A stretch of 64,000 nucleotides of DNA from Bacteroidales bacterium UBA1184 (GCA_002310235.1 DBYO01000001.1:912-64911); one strand, 5' to 3'. Numbered from the stretch's first letter, positions 18,804 to 28,762 are shown. The notes: a model not told the origin generated them from the sequence alone. Made by a program: numbers and translations.

Positions 18804-18986
18804 TTATTCGCCTTTTTGTTCGATAACGAGTTTTCCTCTATAGTATCCACAGTTTGGGCATACATGATGATATTGGATAGTAGTGCCGCAGTTTGAGCAT
18901 ACTGCCAATGTCGGGAATTCTGCTACATAGTGGGTACGACGTTTGTTTCTTCTCTGCTTTGAGGTTTTTCTTTTAGGATGTGCCAT
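18804..18986 (-). CDS. rpmF: 50S ribosomal protein L32
   Basis: MAHPKRKTSKQRRNKRRTH...CxxC...HHVCPNCGYYRG. Confidence 0.98.
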   Translation of the reverse strand: MAHPKRKTSKQRRNKRRTHYVAEFPTLAVCSNCGTTIQYHHVCPNCGYYRGKLVIEQKGE

Positions 18987-19002
18987 TTTCTTAAACTTTT
19001 AA

Positions 19003-19548
19003 TTAGTTATTATTATTCTTTAATTCTCGCAACGCTTCCCATCTCGGGTCTATTGCGTCTTCTGTTTTTTCTGTCTCTTCTACCTTGTACTTGTCAATGA
19101 GTTCTATCATTTTTGCGTTGCATGTCGGATTTCCGTCTGCATCGTCGGGATGATAGTGGGCTATCGGAAGTGCAAAATGCGAATATTCGTAAATGAACTC
19201 CGATATGTCAATCTTGTCGGCCTCACGGCTCAGAGTAACGGCGTCGCTGTTTGTGTCGAAGTTGGTCTCGTCGCCATAGTTAACCAGAATGTCGTCGCTT
19301 ATCGCAATGTCCTGGTCGTAGAGTTCGAGGCATCTGTCGCAAACCAGTTTTACCTTTCCCGACAAGTCAAGGTGTAAAAGCATTGAGGTCTTTTTTTTGA
19401 GCAAAGTTACCTTTACATCAACCTCTCCGCCTTTAATTTCTCCCTTGTCATACGACTGGAAAAACGCATCATCGGTCTTAAAGTCGAAAGAATATTCCTT
19501 CTCTTCGAGACCGTCCAATAATATAATATATTGGTTATCACGTTCCAT
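19003..19548 (-). CDS. yceD: YceD/DUF177 family protein
   Basis: CDRCL and DPRWEAL motifs; upstream of rpmF. Confidence 0.92.
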   Translation of the reverse strand: MERDNQYIILLDGLEEKEYSFDFKTDDAFFQSYDKGEIKGGEVDVKVTLLKKKTSMLLHLDLSGKVKLVCDRCLELYDQDIAISDDILVNYGDETNFDTNSDAVTLSREADKIDISEFIYEYSHFALPIAHYHPDDADGNPTCNAKMIELIDKYKVEETEKTEDAIDPRWEALRELKNNNN

Positions 19549-19688
19549 TCCAATCGATAACATAAAAAATAAATTCGTGCAAAAATATAAAACAATTTGA
19601 AAACGAAAAAGAAAAATTATTCTTTGTTAAAAATGATGTGATAAATATGAGGATTAGTTGCTCGCAACTGACCTACATATTTTTCTCT

Positions 19689-20855
19689 TTATTCTTTCTT
19701 CAGTGTAATCCTAAACGTTGTTCCTTTGCCAATTTCCGACGACTTTACATAAATCTTGCCGCCGTGGTATTCTTCTATTATTCGTTTGGCAAGGCTCAGA
19801 CCTAGTCCCCAGCCGCGGTTCTTGGTGGTATAGCCAGGTTTGAACACATTCTTGAAGTCCGATTTGCTGATGCCCTTGCCCGTGTCGGAGATTTCAATGC
19901 CTACATGTTTTTCGGCATCGTCGAGGCTTATTCGTATGGTTCCGTTGGTGCCAATGGCATCAACGGCGTTTTTGCATAGGTTTTCTATTACCCATTCGAA
20001 CAGCTCTACGTTGAGAGGTAGGAAAATAAGCCCGTGATCGTTGATATTGGTTTCGATATGCACTGTTGATGGAATGCGTGTCTTGAGGTATGTAACCGTG
20101 TTGCGTATGCAGTCGGTGAGTTCGTTTTCGTGAAGGTTGGGCTTGCTGCCGATTTTCGAGAAACGAGCGGCAATTTTTTCCAATCGTTTTACATCTTTTT
20201 CGATTTCGCGGAACATTTCAGTTTCGCCATGTTCCTCGCGCATTATTTCTAGCCATGCCATAAGCGACGATATTGGTGTGCCTAGCTGGTGGGCAGTTTC
20301 CTTTGACATTCCCAGCCATACATGGTTTTGTTCCGACTTACGCGAAACATTCAGCACTACATAGCCCATTATTATGAAAATGGCGATGAGTATCATCTGC
20401 ACGTATGGGTAGAACTGCAGCTTCATGAGCAGTAGCGAGTCGGAATAATATATGGTATTAAGCACATTGCCGTCAGGGTCGGTTATCGAGAAGCTTTCCT
20501 TGCCGTTATTGCGGAACTCTTCGAGTTTTTGCTCGGCATATTCGGGTTTCACCATTTTCACCGTGTCGAGGTTACGGTACGAAATTATGCTTTTGTTGTC
20601 GGCGTCGACAAGAATTACTGGAATAGTCTGGTTGTTTTCGAGTACTTCGAAAAGAAAGCCAATGTCGGCATCGGGTTCCGAGTTGATGAAACTTTGCATC
20701 GCATGCGACCACAATTCCATCCTGCGGTATTCCTCATGCCTCAGGTCTTTCATGAGGTTATTGGTGTATATGAGCGACATCGTGAAAATAAGCGCTGCGA
20801 ATACCAGAAGAACTATCTTCCATTTTTTATCGTATGTGTATTTCTTGTCTTTCAT
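19689..20855 (-). CDS. Membrane-bound sensor histidine kinase (orphan)
   Basis: Two TM segments, H-box ETAHQLGTPISSL, N-box ENLCKNAVDA, DTGKGI, GWGLGL. Confidence 0.93.
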   Translation of the reverse strand: MKDKKYTYDKKWKIVLLVFAALIFTMSLIYTNNLMKDLRHEEYRRMELWSHAMQSFINSEPDADIGFLFEVLENNQTIPVILVDADNKSIISYRNLDTVKMVKPEYAEQKLEEFRNNGKESFSITDPDGNVLNTIYYSDSLLLMKLQFYPYVQMILIAIFIIMGYVVLNVSRKSEQNHVWLGMSKETAHQLGTPISSLMAWLEIMREEHGETEMFREIEKDVKRLEKIAARFSKIGSKPNLHENELTDCIRNTVTYLKTRIPSTVHIETNINDHGLIFLPLNVELFEWVIENLCKNAVDAIGTNGTIRISLDDAEKHVGIEISDTGKGISKSDFKNVFKPGYTTKNRGWGLGLSLAKRIIEEYHGGKIYVKSSEIGKGTTFRITLKKE

Positions 20856-20868
20856 CAACCAATAAATT

Positions 20869-21654
20869 TCACTTAGTTATGTCAATTCTTATCTTTGAGT
20901 CGTGCTTTAGTCCCAGCAGATTTTTGGCGCTAGCCCCACGTACTGCCACTTCGAGCAGGTTTATCGAGTTGAAGAGACACACAATTTCTGGAATTTCGAC
21001 ATCCTTGTACGACTGGCAAATTCTGTCGGTTTTGTGGAAATGCGTATTGAGGAGTATTTCGAATTTGTTTTCGCCTACGACATTGTTGAACATATCCCTG
21101 CTTATGTTTGTGATGGCGTTTCCATAAGAGTCGATGTATATTACGCTTCCAAGCATGCCACGTTCGGTAACCTGTGGCTGCGTAGCTGTATATCTTAAAA
21201 CATCATCACGTTCTTCGCCCAGTTGGTGTATGTCCTTACCCGAAAGTATGTACTTTGCTATTTCAGCAAAGACGTTTTTTTCGACAAAGACGCTGTCGTC
21301 GGCAAACGATTCCCCGTTGATAAAGACTGCTGTTTCGGGTTTTTCTGTGAATACTATACCTAGAGCACCATTGTCGGCTCCAATGAAGTATTGCCCGTGG
21401 TACATTGCAACCACAATGTCGGTATTGCTGTCTGGTTCGCTGTCCACACCTATAATATGTATGGTGCCTTCGGGAAAGTCTTCGACAAGACTACCGAGGA
21501 CAAACCCAGCGTGCTGCCAGTTGAATTTCTCTATGTTGTGCGATATGTCAACGAAATTGGTGTCGGGATGTTTCGACAAAATTGTAGCCTTTACAGCACC
21601 TATATAATAGTCGCTGTTGCTCCAGTCGGTAGTTAGTGTTACCAGTTTCGTCAT
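20869..21654 (-). CDS. SAM-dependent chlorinase/fluorinase family (SAM hydrolase, DUF62)
   Basis: VTLTTDW...Y...K, DISH, FPEGTIH, ADNG, YIDSYGNAITNI. Confidence 0.92.
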   Translation of the reverse strand: MTKLVTLTTDWSNSDYYIGAVKATILSKHPDTNFVDISHNIEKFNWQHAGFVLGSLVEDFPEGTIHIIGVDSEPDSNTDIVVAMYHGQYFIGADNGALGIVFTEKPETAVFINGESFADDSVFVEKNVFAEIAKYILSGKDIHQLGEERDDVLRYTATQPQVTERGMLGSVIYIDSYGNAITNISRDMFNNVVGENKFEILLNTHFHKTDRICQSYKDVEIPEIVCLFNSINLLEVAVRGASAKNLLGLKHDSKIRIDITK

Positions 21655-21729
21655 TTTCGTTGCAAAAAATCTTATGACTATGCCAAAAAATTGCTTTTCT
21701 TTGTTCCGCAAAAATATCAAAATTTATCG

Positions 21730-22680
21730 ATGACTGAAAAAACTATTCTGATTGAAATAGAAGATTTGCAAAAATTCTTCGGAGTGCGCGACGAAAACCT
21801 GATGCTATTGGTTAGGAATTTCCCTCGTTTGAAAATTGTGCAGCGTGGCGATGTGGTAAAAGTAGCAGGCGACAAGGAGGAGATAAAGGTATTTGAAATG
21901 AAACTTAATGCCATGCTTGAATTTTTCGGCAAGTACAACCGTCTTGGAGTGGAAGAGGTGCGTGAAATTCTCGGCAGCGACACCAATTCGGTAAGCATGG
22001 TGGAGGATAAGGATGTACTTTTGTACAGCATTAGCGGCAAGCCTATCCGTGCGCGCACAACCAACCAGAAGCTACTAGTGGAATGTTTCCAGAAAAACGA
22101 CCTACTTTTTGCTACTGGTCCTGCTGGAACAGGAAAAACATATACTGCGATAGCATTGGCAGTAAAGTCGTTGAAGGAGATGAGGGTGAAGAAGATTATT
22201 CTTTCGCGTCCTGCTGTAGAAGCTGGCGAAAACCTTGGCTTTCTGCCTGGTGATGTTCGTGAGAAACTTGATCCATACTTGCAACCTTTATATGATGCTT
22301 TGCTTGATATGATTCCATATCGAAAGTTGGAAAAGTACCTCGAGGAAAAAACAATACAGATTGCGCCGTTGGCATTTATGCGCGGGCGTACTTTGAGCGA
22401 GGCATTTGTGATTCTCGACGAGGCGCAGAATGCAACATATACGCAGTTAAAGATGTTCCTTACGCGTATGGGCGAAAATTCTAAGTTTATCGTTACGGGA
22501 GACTTGACTCAGATTGATTTGCCGCGAAAATCCGATTCAGGTTTACTTTCGGCTCACCGTATTCTTGGTAACATTCCTGAGATTTCGTTCGTGCAGTTCG
22601 ACAAGGGTGATATTATACGTCATAGAGTGGTAAGTAGGATTGTGGATGCTTACGAGAAAAGCGAGAAAAAGGACGAATAG
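21730..22680 (+). CDS. phoH: PhoH family ATPase
   Basis: GPAGTGKT, RPAVEAGENLGFLPGD, APLAFMRGRTL, LDEAQN, TGDLTQIDL. Confidence 0.95.
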   Translation: MTEKTILIEIEDLQKFFGVRDENLMLLVRNFPRLKIVQRGDVVKVAGDKEEIKVFEMKLNAMLEFFGKYNRLGVEEVREILGSDTNSVSMVEDKDVLLYSISGKPIRARTTNQKLLVECFQKNDLLFATGPAGTGKTYTAIALAVKSLKEMRVKKIILSRPAVEAGENLGFLPGDVREKLDPYLQPLYDALLDMIPYRKLEKYLEEKTIQIAPLAFMRGRTLSEAFVILDEAQNATYTQLKMFLTRMGENSKFIVTGDLTQIDLPRKSDSGLLSAHRILGNIPEISFVQFDKGDIIRHRVVSRIVDAYEKSEKKDE

Positions 22681-22703
22681 GAACATTTAATTTTTCGATT
22701 GAC

Positions 22704-23729
22704 ATGATTTCGTTTGAAAGTGACTATATAGCAGGAGCACATCCAAAAATTTTGGAAAGACTGGCAGAAACAAATATGGAATCGCTTGTTGGATATGGCG
22801 ATGACAAGTATTGCCAAATGGCGGAGGAAAAAATCAAAAAAGTTTGCAATCGTTCCGATGCAAAAGTGCATTTTCTTATAGGAGGTACCCAGACTAACCA
22901 AGTTGTCATAAGTTCGATGCTGGCCGATTACGAAGGCGTAATAGCAGCTACTTCGGGACATATCAGTGTGCACGAGGGAGGTGCAATTGAATTTACAGGG
23001 CACAAAGTTCTCGCTCTTGAAGGAACCGATGGCAAACTTAATGCTAGTGTCATTGACGATTTTGTCACTACATTTCATAACGACGGCAACCATGAACACA
23101 TGGTATTTCCAGGCATGGTATATATTTCCCATCCTACAGAGTACGGCACACTATACAGCAAAAAAGAACTAACCGATATTTCCAGTGTATGCAGAAAGCA
23201 TAATATTCCTCTGTTTATGGATGGAGCAAGGCTCGGATATGGCCTCGCAAGCCGTCATACCGATGTAACTTTGCCAGACATTGCCGAACTTTGCGATGTA
23301 TTTTACATTGGCGGAACAAAAGTAGGTGCACTATGTGGTGAAGCGGTTGTGTTTACTCGTGGCAATACTCCCAAGCATTTCATTACAAAGATGAAACAAC
23401 GAGGAGCCTTGCTCGCCAAGGGCCGTTTGCTAGGCATACAGTTCGATACGCTTTTTGCCGACAATCTTTATATGGAAATCAGTCGTCATGCCATTGATAT
23501 GGCCGAAAAACTTAAATCTCTGCTAAAAGAAAAAGGATATCGTTTTTATCTTGAATCACCGACAAACCAGCAATTTATAATCCTCGAAAACGCGCAGATG
23601 GCAGAACTCGGAAAACATGTCTGCATGAGTTTTTGGGAAAAGTACGACGATTCTCACACTGTAGTTCGCTTTGCAACAAGCTGGTCAACCACCGAGGAGG
23701 ACTTGTGGGAATTAAAAAAATGGCTTTAG
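22704..23729 (+). CDS. ltaE: Low-specificity L-threonine aldolase (PLP-dependent)
   Basis: SFESDY..GAHP, GGTQTN, HEGGAIE, MDGARL, IGGTKVG. Confidence 0.88.
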   Translation: MISFESDYIAGAHPKILERLAETNMESLVGYGDDKYCQMAEEKIKKVCNRSDAKVHFLIGGTQTNQVVISSMLADYEGVIAATSGHISVHEGGAIEFTGHKVLALEGTDGKLNASVIDDFVTTFHNDGNHEHMVFPGMVYISHPTEYGTLYSKKELTDISSVCRKHNIPLFMDGARLGYGLASRHTDVTLPDIAELCDVFYIGGTKVGALCGEAVVFTRGNTPKHFITKMKQRGALLAKGRLLGIQFDTLFADNLYMEISRHAIDMAEKLKSLLKEKGYRFYLESPTNQQFIILENAQMAELGKHVCMSFWEKYDDSHTVVRFATSWSTTEEDLWELKKWL

Positions 23730-23750
23730 ACCATTTTTTTAGGTTTCTAG

Positions 23751-23788
23751 TTTAACTTCGTTGAGGGTTACGCCGTTCATGTTTCTGG
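23751..23788. repeat. Dispersed intergenic repeat, copy 1 (others at 25518 and 52258)
   Basis: TTTAACTTCGTTGAGGGTTACGCCGTTCATGTTTCTGG; 34/38 identical to 25518-25555. Confidence 0.8.
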
Positions 23789-23798
23789 CGTAGAAATC

Positions 23799-24707
23799 TT
23801 ATTCAAACACCTTCAGAAACTCGTTCGGAATATTGCTTTCGAAGTGCATCTTTTCGTGGGTGCGCGGATGTGTGAATCCTAGAATCCAAGCGTGAAGACC
23901 TATACGATTGAACAGATTTTCCTTTGAACCATATTTTTTGTCGCCAATGATTGGTTGTCCAAGGTCGCTCATGTGTACGCGAATCTGGTTTTTGCGTCCT
24001 GTTTCGAGGTTGATTTCCATTAGCGAGTAGCGACCTTTGTTTTTGAGTGTCTTGTAGTGGGTCACAGCGAGCTGTCCGTTTTCGCGGTCTTTGGTCGAAT
24101 ATACCACGTATGCCTTGTTTTGTGCAAGGTACGACTCGTAGGTGCCTTCGCCTATTGGTTCGTCCCCAGATGTTACGGCAATGTATCGGCGGTCGTATAT
24201 GTTGGTTTTCCAGTCTTCCTGCAGCAACGCTTGCACTTCTTCGCTTTTGGCGAACATCATCAGGCCCGAAGTCTCGCGGTCGAGACGGTGAACGATGAAT
24301 ATGCGGTTGTTGGGATTCTGTTCCTTGATGTGCTTGCTAAGTATGCTGTAAGCTGTTTCGTCACTCTTGGCTGTTGCCACCGAGAGCATTCCTGCCGGCT
24401 TGTTGATGACAATTATGTCGCTGTCTTCGTAAACTATTGTTATGCCCTTGAGGTCACGTCCCGAGGCAATGCGCTTCCAATGAATCGAAATCTTGTCGCC
24501 TGCAATCAACTTCTGGTTGTAGAGGGTTACGACGGCGCCGTTGAGTTCTACAGTCTTGTTGCGCAACCACGACTTTACCTTGTTGTGACTGCGGTCGGGG
24601 AACTTTTTCATCAGGAAATTGATGAGTTCTTCGGGTTCGGTAACTTCCAAATTTGTAACTTTGGGTTTTGCGAAGCGCTTGTAGTTCTTTGGGGCTCTGT
24701 AGGGCAT
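23799..24707 (-). CDS. RluA family pseudouridine synthase with S4-like N-terminus
   Basis: INKPAGMLS, VHRLDRETSGL, ETGRKNQIRVH, IIGDKKYG. Confidence 0.93.
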   Translation of the reverse strand: MPYRAPKNYKRFAKPKVTNLEVTEPEELINFLMKKFPDRSHNKVKSWLRNKTVELNGAVVTLYNQKLIAGDKISIHWKRIASGRDLKGITIVYEDSDIIVINKPAGMLSVATAKSDETAYSILSKHIKEQNPNNRIFIVHRLDRETSGLMMFAKSEEVQALLQEDWKTNIYDRRYIAVTSGDEPIGEGTYESYLAQNKAYVVYSTKDRENGQLAVTHYKTLKNKGRYSLMEINLETGRKNQIRVHMSDLGQPIIGDKKYGSKENLFNRIGLHAWILGFTHPRTHEKMHFESNIPNEFLKVFE

Positions 24708-24724
24708 AGTTTATGTGTTTTTTG

Positions 24725-25423
24725 TTAAAACAATGATTTCTTTGATGTTGTGGCAATGAATTCCTTTAGATAGAATGGTTCGTAATATACCAAATCTTCG
24801 AAATTGTCTGCGAGAAAGGCTGCTTCGGCAAGTTCTCCCATAAATTCTGCCGACGGGTAGATGTTGTCTAAGAAAGTAAAGTCTTCGCAAGCAAGAATTT
24901 CTTTGCATTTCGGTGCCCCGTTTCCACAGAAAAGTAACTTTTGACCTTTATGTTCGGAAAATGATTCCTCGGTTATTATCTTAGCTTCGACTTCCGACAG
25001 ATTTGTAAGTTTTGAGTCGGTTGTCATAGTATATACTTCCATTCGGCGTGCATCAATCATCGGGACAATCAAATCGTATTCGGCATTATACTTTGCTTTT
25101 GCCATTGCGGCAATTATCAATAATGTGTTTACCGAAATCAAAGGAATATTGCCGCCGAAGCATAGACCCTTGCTTGTGCTAGCGCCAATGCGCAAACCTG
25201 TATAAGACCCTGGACCACCGCTCAATGCAATAGCATCCAAATCAGATACTTTTAGTTTTGCCTCGTCAATGACTTCTTTTACGAATACAGCAAGCATTTC
25301 CGAGTGTGCTGCCTTACGAGTGTTGTCGGGTTGCATCAGACGAAAGTTGGTGCATTTGCCATCGTTTGATATTGATACCGAGCAATAGTCGGTTGAGGTT
25401 TCTATGTTGAGAATTCGTGCCAT
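24725..25423 (-). CDS. tsaB: tRNA threonylcarbamoyladenosine biosynthesis protein TsaB
   Basis: LNIETST, HSE, GPGSYTGLRIG, IDARRMEVY, YEPFYLKEF. Confidence 0.96.
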   Translation of the reverse strand: MARILNIETSTDYCSVSISNDGKCTNFRLMQPDNTRKAAHSEMLAVFVKEVIDEAKLKVSDLDAIALSGGPGSYTGLRIGASTSKGLCFGGNIPLISVNTLLIIAAMAKAKYNAEYDLIVPMIDARRMEVYTMTTDSKLTNLSEVEAKIITEESFSEHKGQKLLFCGNGAPKCKEILACEDFTFLDNIYPSAEFMGELAEAAFLADNFEDLVYYEPFYLKEFIATTSKKSLF

Positions 25424-25450
25424 GCGAAAAATTTTTGCAAAAATAAAGTT

Positions 25451-25478
25451 TATTTACGATTTATGAAGTACGATTTTA
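25451..25478. repeat. 28-bp heptamer-based repeat, copy 2
   Basis: Near-identical to 17701-17728; lies just upstream of the tsaB -7 box (CAAAAATA, 25438-25445). Confidence 0.8.
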
Positions 25479-25500
25479 GAATTGACAATGTTGGTGGTCA

Positions 25501-25630
25501 AGTTTCTGGTTTCAAGATTTACCTTCGTTGAGGGCTTCGCCGTTCTTGTTTCTGGTTGAATCTTTGAATCCTGAACATGAAACTTAGAAACTTGAAACAT
25601 AGAAACATGAAACATAGAAACGGCGTTAGC
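25501..25630. repeat. Composite repeat: dispersed repeat copy 2 plus an inverted (T/A)GAAAC 7-8-mer array
   Basis: TTTACCTTCGTTGAGGGCTTCGCCGTTCTTGTTTCTGG, then TGAAACTTAGAAACTTGAAACATAGAAACATGAAACATAGAAACGGCGTTAGCC. Confidence 0.8.
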
Positions 25631-25645
25631 CAAAAAAAATTTTCT

Positions 25646-25653
25646 TACCTTTG
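25646..25653 (+). promoter_or_regulatory. -7 box for uxs
   Basis: TACCTTTG about 20 nt before ATG 25673. Confidence 0.65.
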
Positions 25654-25672
25654 CATTTCAAAAACATTGCGC

Positions 25673-26611
25673 ATGAAAAAAATATTGGTTACCGGCGGCG
25701 CCGGATTCATAGGTTCGCATTTGTGCGAGCGACTGCTCAACGAAGGCAACGAAGTTATTTGTCTCGACAACTATTTTACAGGTTCGAAAAATAACGTTGT
25801 CCATTTGCTCGACAACCCATATTTCGAGTTAATTCGCCACGATGTAACCATGCCTTTTTTCATTGAGGTCGATGAGATATACAACCTTGCGTGTCCAGCA
25901 TCTCCAATTCACTACCAGTACAATCCCATAAAAACGATCAAGACTTCGGTAATGGGTGCGATAAATATGCTTGGATTGGCAAAACGCATAAAAGCAAAAA
26001 TATTGCAGGCTTCAACCAGCGAAGTCTATGGTGACCCCGATATTCATCCACAGCCCGAAACCTACTGGGGCAAGGTGAATCCTATTGGCTCGCGCTCTTG
26101 CTACGATGAGGGAAAACGTTGTGCCGAGTCGTTGTTTGTTAACTACCACAAGCAGAACAATGTACGCATTAAAATTGTTCGTATATTCAACACCTATGGA
26201 CCTAACATGCATCCCAACGATGGTCGCGTGGTATCAAATTTCATTGTTCAAGCATTGCAAGACAAGCCCATTACCATTTATGGTGATGGTAGCCAGACTC
26301 GCAGCTTCCAGTATGTTGATGACCTTGTGGAAGGTATGATAAGAATGATGAATACTTCCGATGAGGTTACCGGACCTGTGAACATTGGTAATCCTGGCGA
26401 ATTTACTATTCTCGAACTGGCTCAGAAGGTAATCGCACTTACTGGCTCGAAGAGTAAAATCGAATTCCACGAGTTACCTGAGGATGATCCGATGCAGCGC
26501 AAACCCGATATTTCAAAAGCTGGTGAACTTTTGGACGGTTGGCGTCCAAAAATTCAACTCGAGGATGGCTTGAGAAATACTATTGATTATTTCAGAAAGA
26601 TAGTTCAATAA
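25673..26611 (+). CDS. uxs: UDP-glucuronic acid decarboxylase (UDP-xylose synthase)
   Basis: [49 protein letters not shown]. Confidence 0.93.
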   Translation: MKKILVTGGAGFIGSHLCERLLNEGNEVICLDNYFTGSKNNVVHLLDNPYFELIRHDVTMPFFIEVDEIYNLACPASPIHYQYNPIKTIKTSVMGAINMLGLAKRIKAKILQASTSEVYGDPDIHPQPETYWGKVNPIGSRSCYDEGKRCAESLFVNYHKQNNVRIKIVRIFNTYGPNMHPNDGRVVSNFIVQALQDKPITIYGDGSQTRSFQYVDDLVEGMIRMMNTSDEVTGPVNIGNPGEFTILELAQKVIALTGSKSKIEFHELPEDDPMQRKPDISKAGELLDGWRPKIQLEDGLRNTIDYFRKIVQ

Positions 26612-26614
26612 ATG

Positions 26615-26642
26615 AAAAAAGCGGCTCTTAAACCGCTTTTTT
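26615..26642. terminator. Bidirectional terminator between uxs and mpl
   Basis: A6-GCGG-loop-CCGC-T6. Confidence 0.75.
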
Positions 26643-26660
26643 GTTGTAGTGTCTGTTCTC

Positions 26661-28010
26661 CTATATTATTTCATCGGCAAGTTTCTTGAAGTCAACACCG
26701 TTGAAGTTTCCACTGCTCATCATCAGGTAGTTGGTACCGTGGCAGTCGGTGGAGCGTAAGTAGTCCTGCAACTTGTTGGTGTCGGTAAATACGGTTACGT
26801 TTCCGCCGAAACTTTCCTTTACATATTCTTCGGGAATGTCGGGCAATTGCTTGTGCTTCAGAACTTCTCGGTTGTAATAGACGATTGCATTATCGGCTTT
26901 GTCCATTGCACCGTTGTACTGCGGAATGAAATTCTTCTGCAGGCTGCTGAAAGTGTGCAGTTCGATGCAGGCTATGAGTTTGCGTTTCGGATATTTTTGC
27001 TTCAGAGCGTTTACGGTGGCTTTCAGCTTGCTTGGCGCGTGTGCAAAGTCGATGTAGAATGCCGAATCGTCGGTTTCCTTTACCAGTTGCAAGCGTTTTG
27101 CCGCACCTTCGAAAGTTTCCATTGCCGCCCAGAAAATGTCGTCCTTGATGCCGAGTTTTTGGCAAACCTTGTAGGCTGCGTTGATGTTCTGGAAGTTGTG
27201 GTCGCCGAAAACGTTTAGCACGTATTTCTTGTCGCCACGTATCACGCAGTATTTGCCGTCTTCCTCAACGACGTCGATTTTGCCGTAGGATTCCGACTTG
27301 ATGTCATGGTTTACACGGCTGATTTTTTTCAGGTTCTCGTCGCCTTCGTACCAGAAAAGGTTTCCACCGTACTGTATCGACTTTACAAATATTTCAAACT
27401 GCTCGACATATTTCGGAAAAGTGGGGAAAACGTTTATGTGGTCCCATGCTATACCCGTAAGCACAGCAATGTGTGGCTTATACCAGTGGAATTTTGGAGT
27501 GAGGTCTATTGGTGACGACAGGTATTCGTCGCCCTCGAATATTGCAACGTGGTTTTTGTCCTCAAGGTTTACCATAGTGTCGAATCCCTTGATGTTTGCA
27601 CCTACCATGTAGTCGAAGCCGAGGTTTGCGTTTTTCAGCACATGCATAATCATCGAGGTTATTGTTGTTTTGCCGTGGCTTCCTCCGATTACGACGCGCA
27701 TTTTCGACTTTGTCTGTTCGTAGAGATATTCGGGGTAGGAGCAAATCTTAAGTCCGAGTTCCTGTGCGCGAACGAGTTCGGGGTTGTCTTTGCGTGCGTG
27801 CATTCCGAGGATTACAATGTCGATGTCGTTGGTAATGTTTTCGGGGTGCCAGCCGAAATCCTTGGGCAGAAGTCCGCAGGCTTCGAGGCGCGAACGCGAA
27901 GGTTCGAAAATTTCGTCGTCTGAACCGGTTACGTTGTAACCTTTTTTGTGTAGTGCTATTGCGAGGTTGTGCATTGCAGCACCGCCAATTGCTATGAAAT
28001 GTATTCTCAT
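26661..28010 (-). CDS. mpl: Mur ligase family protein (Mpl/MurC-like murein peptide ligase)
   Basis: IHFIAIGGAAM, GSHGKTT, FEGDEY, WDHINVF, DFAHAPSK. Confidence 0.82.
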   Translation of the reverse strand: MRIHFIAIGGAAMHNLAIALHKKGYNVTGSDDEIFEPSRSRLEACGLLPKDFGWHPENITNDIDIVILGMHARKDNPELVRAQELGLKICSYPEYLYEQTKSKMRVVIGGSHGKTTITSMIMHVLKNANLGFDYMVGANIKGFDTMVNLEDKNHVAIFEGDEYLSSPIDLTPKFHWYKPHIAVLTGIAWDHINVFPTFPKYVEQFEIFVKSIQYGGNLFWYEGDENLKKISRVNHDIKSESYGKIDVVEEDGKYCVIRGDKKYVLNVFGDHNFQNINAAYKVCQKLGIKDDIFWAAMETFEGAAKRLQLVKETDDSAFYIDFAHAPSKLKATVNALKQKYPKRKLIACIELHTFSSLQKNFIPQYNGAMDKADNAIVYYNREVLKHKQLPDIPEEYVKESFGGNVTVFTDTNKLQDYLRSTDCHGTNYLMMSSGNFNGVDFKKLADEII

Positions 28011-28099
28011 CTTACAAAATTTTTATTATTCTGCGAGTATAGCGAATTTTGGACAATGGAGTATAGTAGTTTTCGGGATGTTATCAAATCGGGGATGTG

Positions 28100-28213
28100 A
28101 ATAAAAAGGCAAAAGGCTGTTGTTCTCCCCCCAGCGTTAAAGCCATTAAAGCCATTAACGGCCTTAATGGCAAGGGGGGAGAGTTTGCCTTTTGCCTTTT
28201 CTGCCTTTTTATT
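28100..28213. repeat. Nested inverted-repeat element of about 114 bp (MITE/REP-like)
   Basis: AATAAAAAGGCA/TGCCTTTTTATT, AAAAGGCAAAAGGC/GCCTTTTGCCTTTT, TCTCCCCCC/GGGGGGAGA, GCCATTAA/TTAATGGC. Confidence 0.7.
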
Positions 28214-28236
28214 ATCTTTGCCCAAAATTCAGAATC

Positions 28237-28722
28237 ATGGAAAACTACATAGAACAAAAGGTTGCATTGGCGGTGCAGTATTTTAAGAGCGGTTACAATT
28301 GCTCTCAGTCGGTATTTATGGCTTTTGCTAATGATTTTGGTGTTGATACGGCATTTGCGTCGCGGATTGCTGCATCGTTTGGCGGTGGCATTGGTCGTAT
28401 GCGCGAGGTGTGCGGAACAGTGTGCGGAATGGCTATGTGTGCAAGTTTTATTGCTCCAGCCGACGACCCGTCGGACAAGGCTGCACGTACAGCCAACTAT
28501 GCACTTGTGCAGGAGTTTGCCGAAAAGTTTCGTGCCGAAAACGGCGATATCATCTGCCGTCGTTTGCTCGGACTGCCTGACGATACATGTCCATGCCCTG
28601 AACCTTCAACCCGAAATACCGAATTCTACAAGAAACGCCCCTGTGTGGAATATGTTGCATATGCAACGCGGCTTGTAGCAGAGAAGATTGCTGAGAATGA
28701 TTTGGCTATTCAAGCAAAGTAA
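28237..28722 (+). CDS. C-GCAxxG-C-C family putative redox protein
   Basis: GYNCSQSV, FGGGIG..EVCG, IICRRLL, RPC. Confidence 0.9.
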   Translation: MENYIEQKVALAVQYFKSGYNCSQSVFMAFANDFGVDTAFASRIAASFGGGIGRMREVCGTVCGMAMCASFIAPADDPSDKAARTANYALVQEFAEKFRAENGDIICRRLLGLPDDTCPCPEPSTRNTEFYKKRPCVEYVAYATRLVAEKIAENDLAIQAK

Positions 28723-28762
28723 AGACGTTTTTTGCACTCGAGTTATAATAGCAGAATAAAAC

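Noticed and set aside
25577-25672. N-terminal extension of uxs ([15 protein letters not shown]...)
   Set aside because: It is a read-through of the GAAAC repeat array and lies upstream of the -7 box; the true start is 25673.
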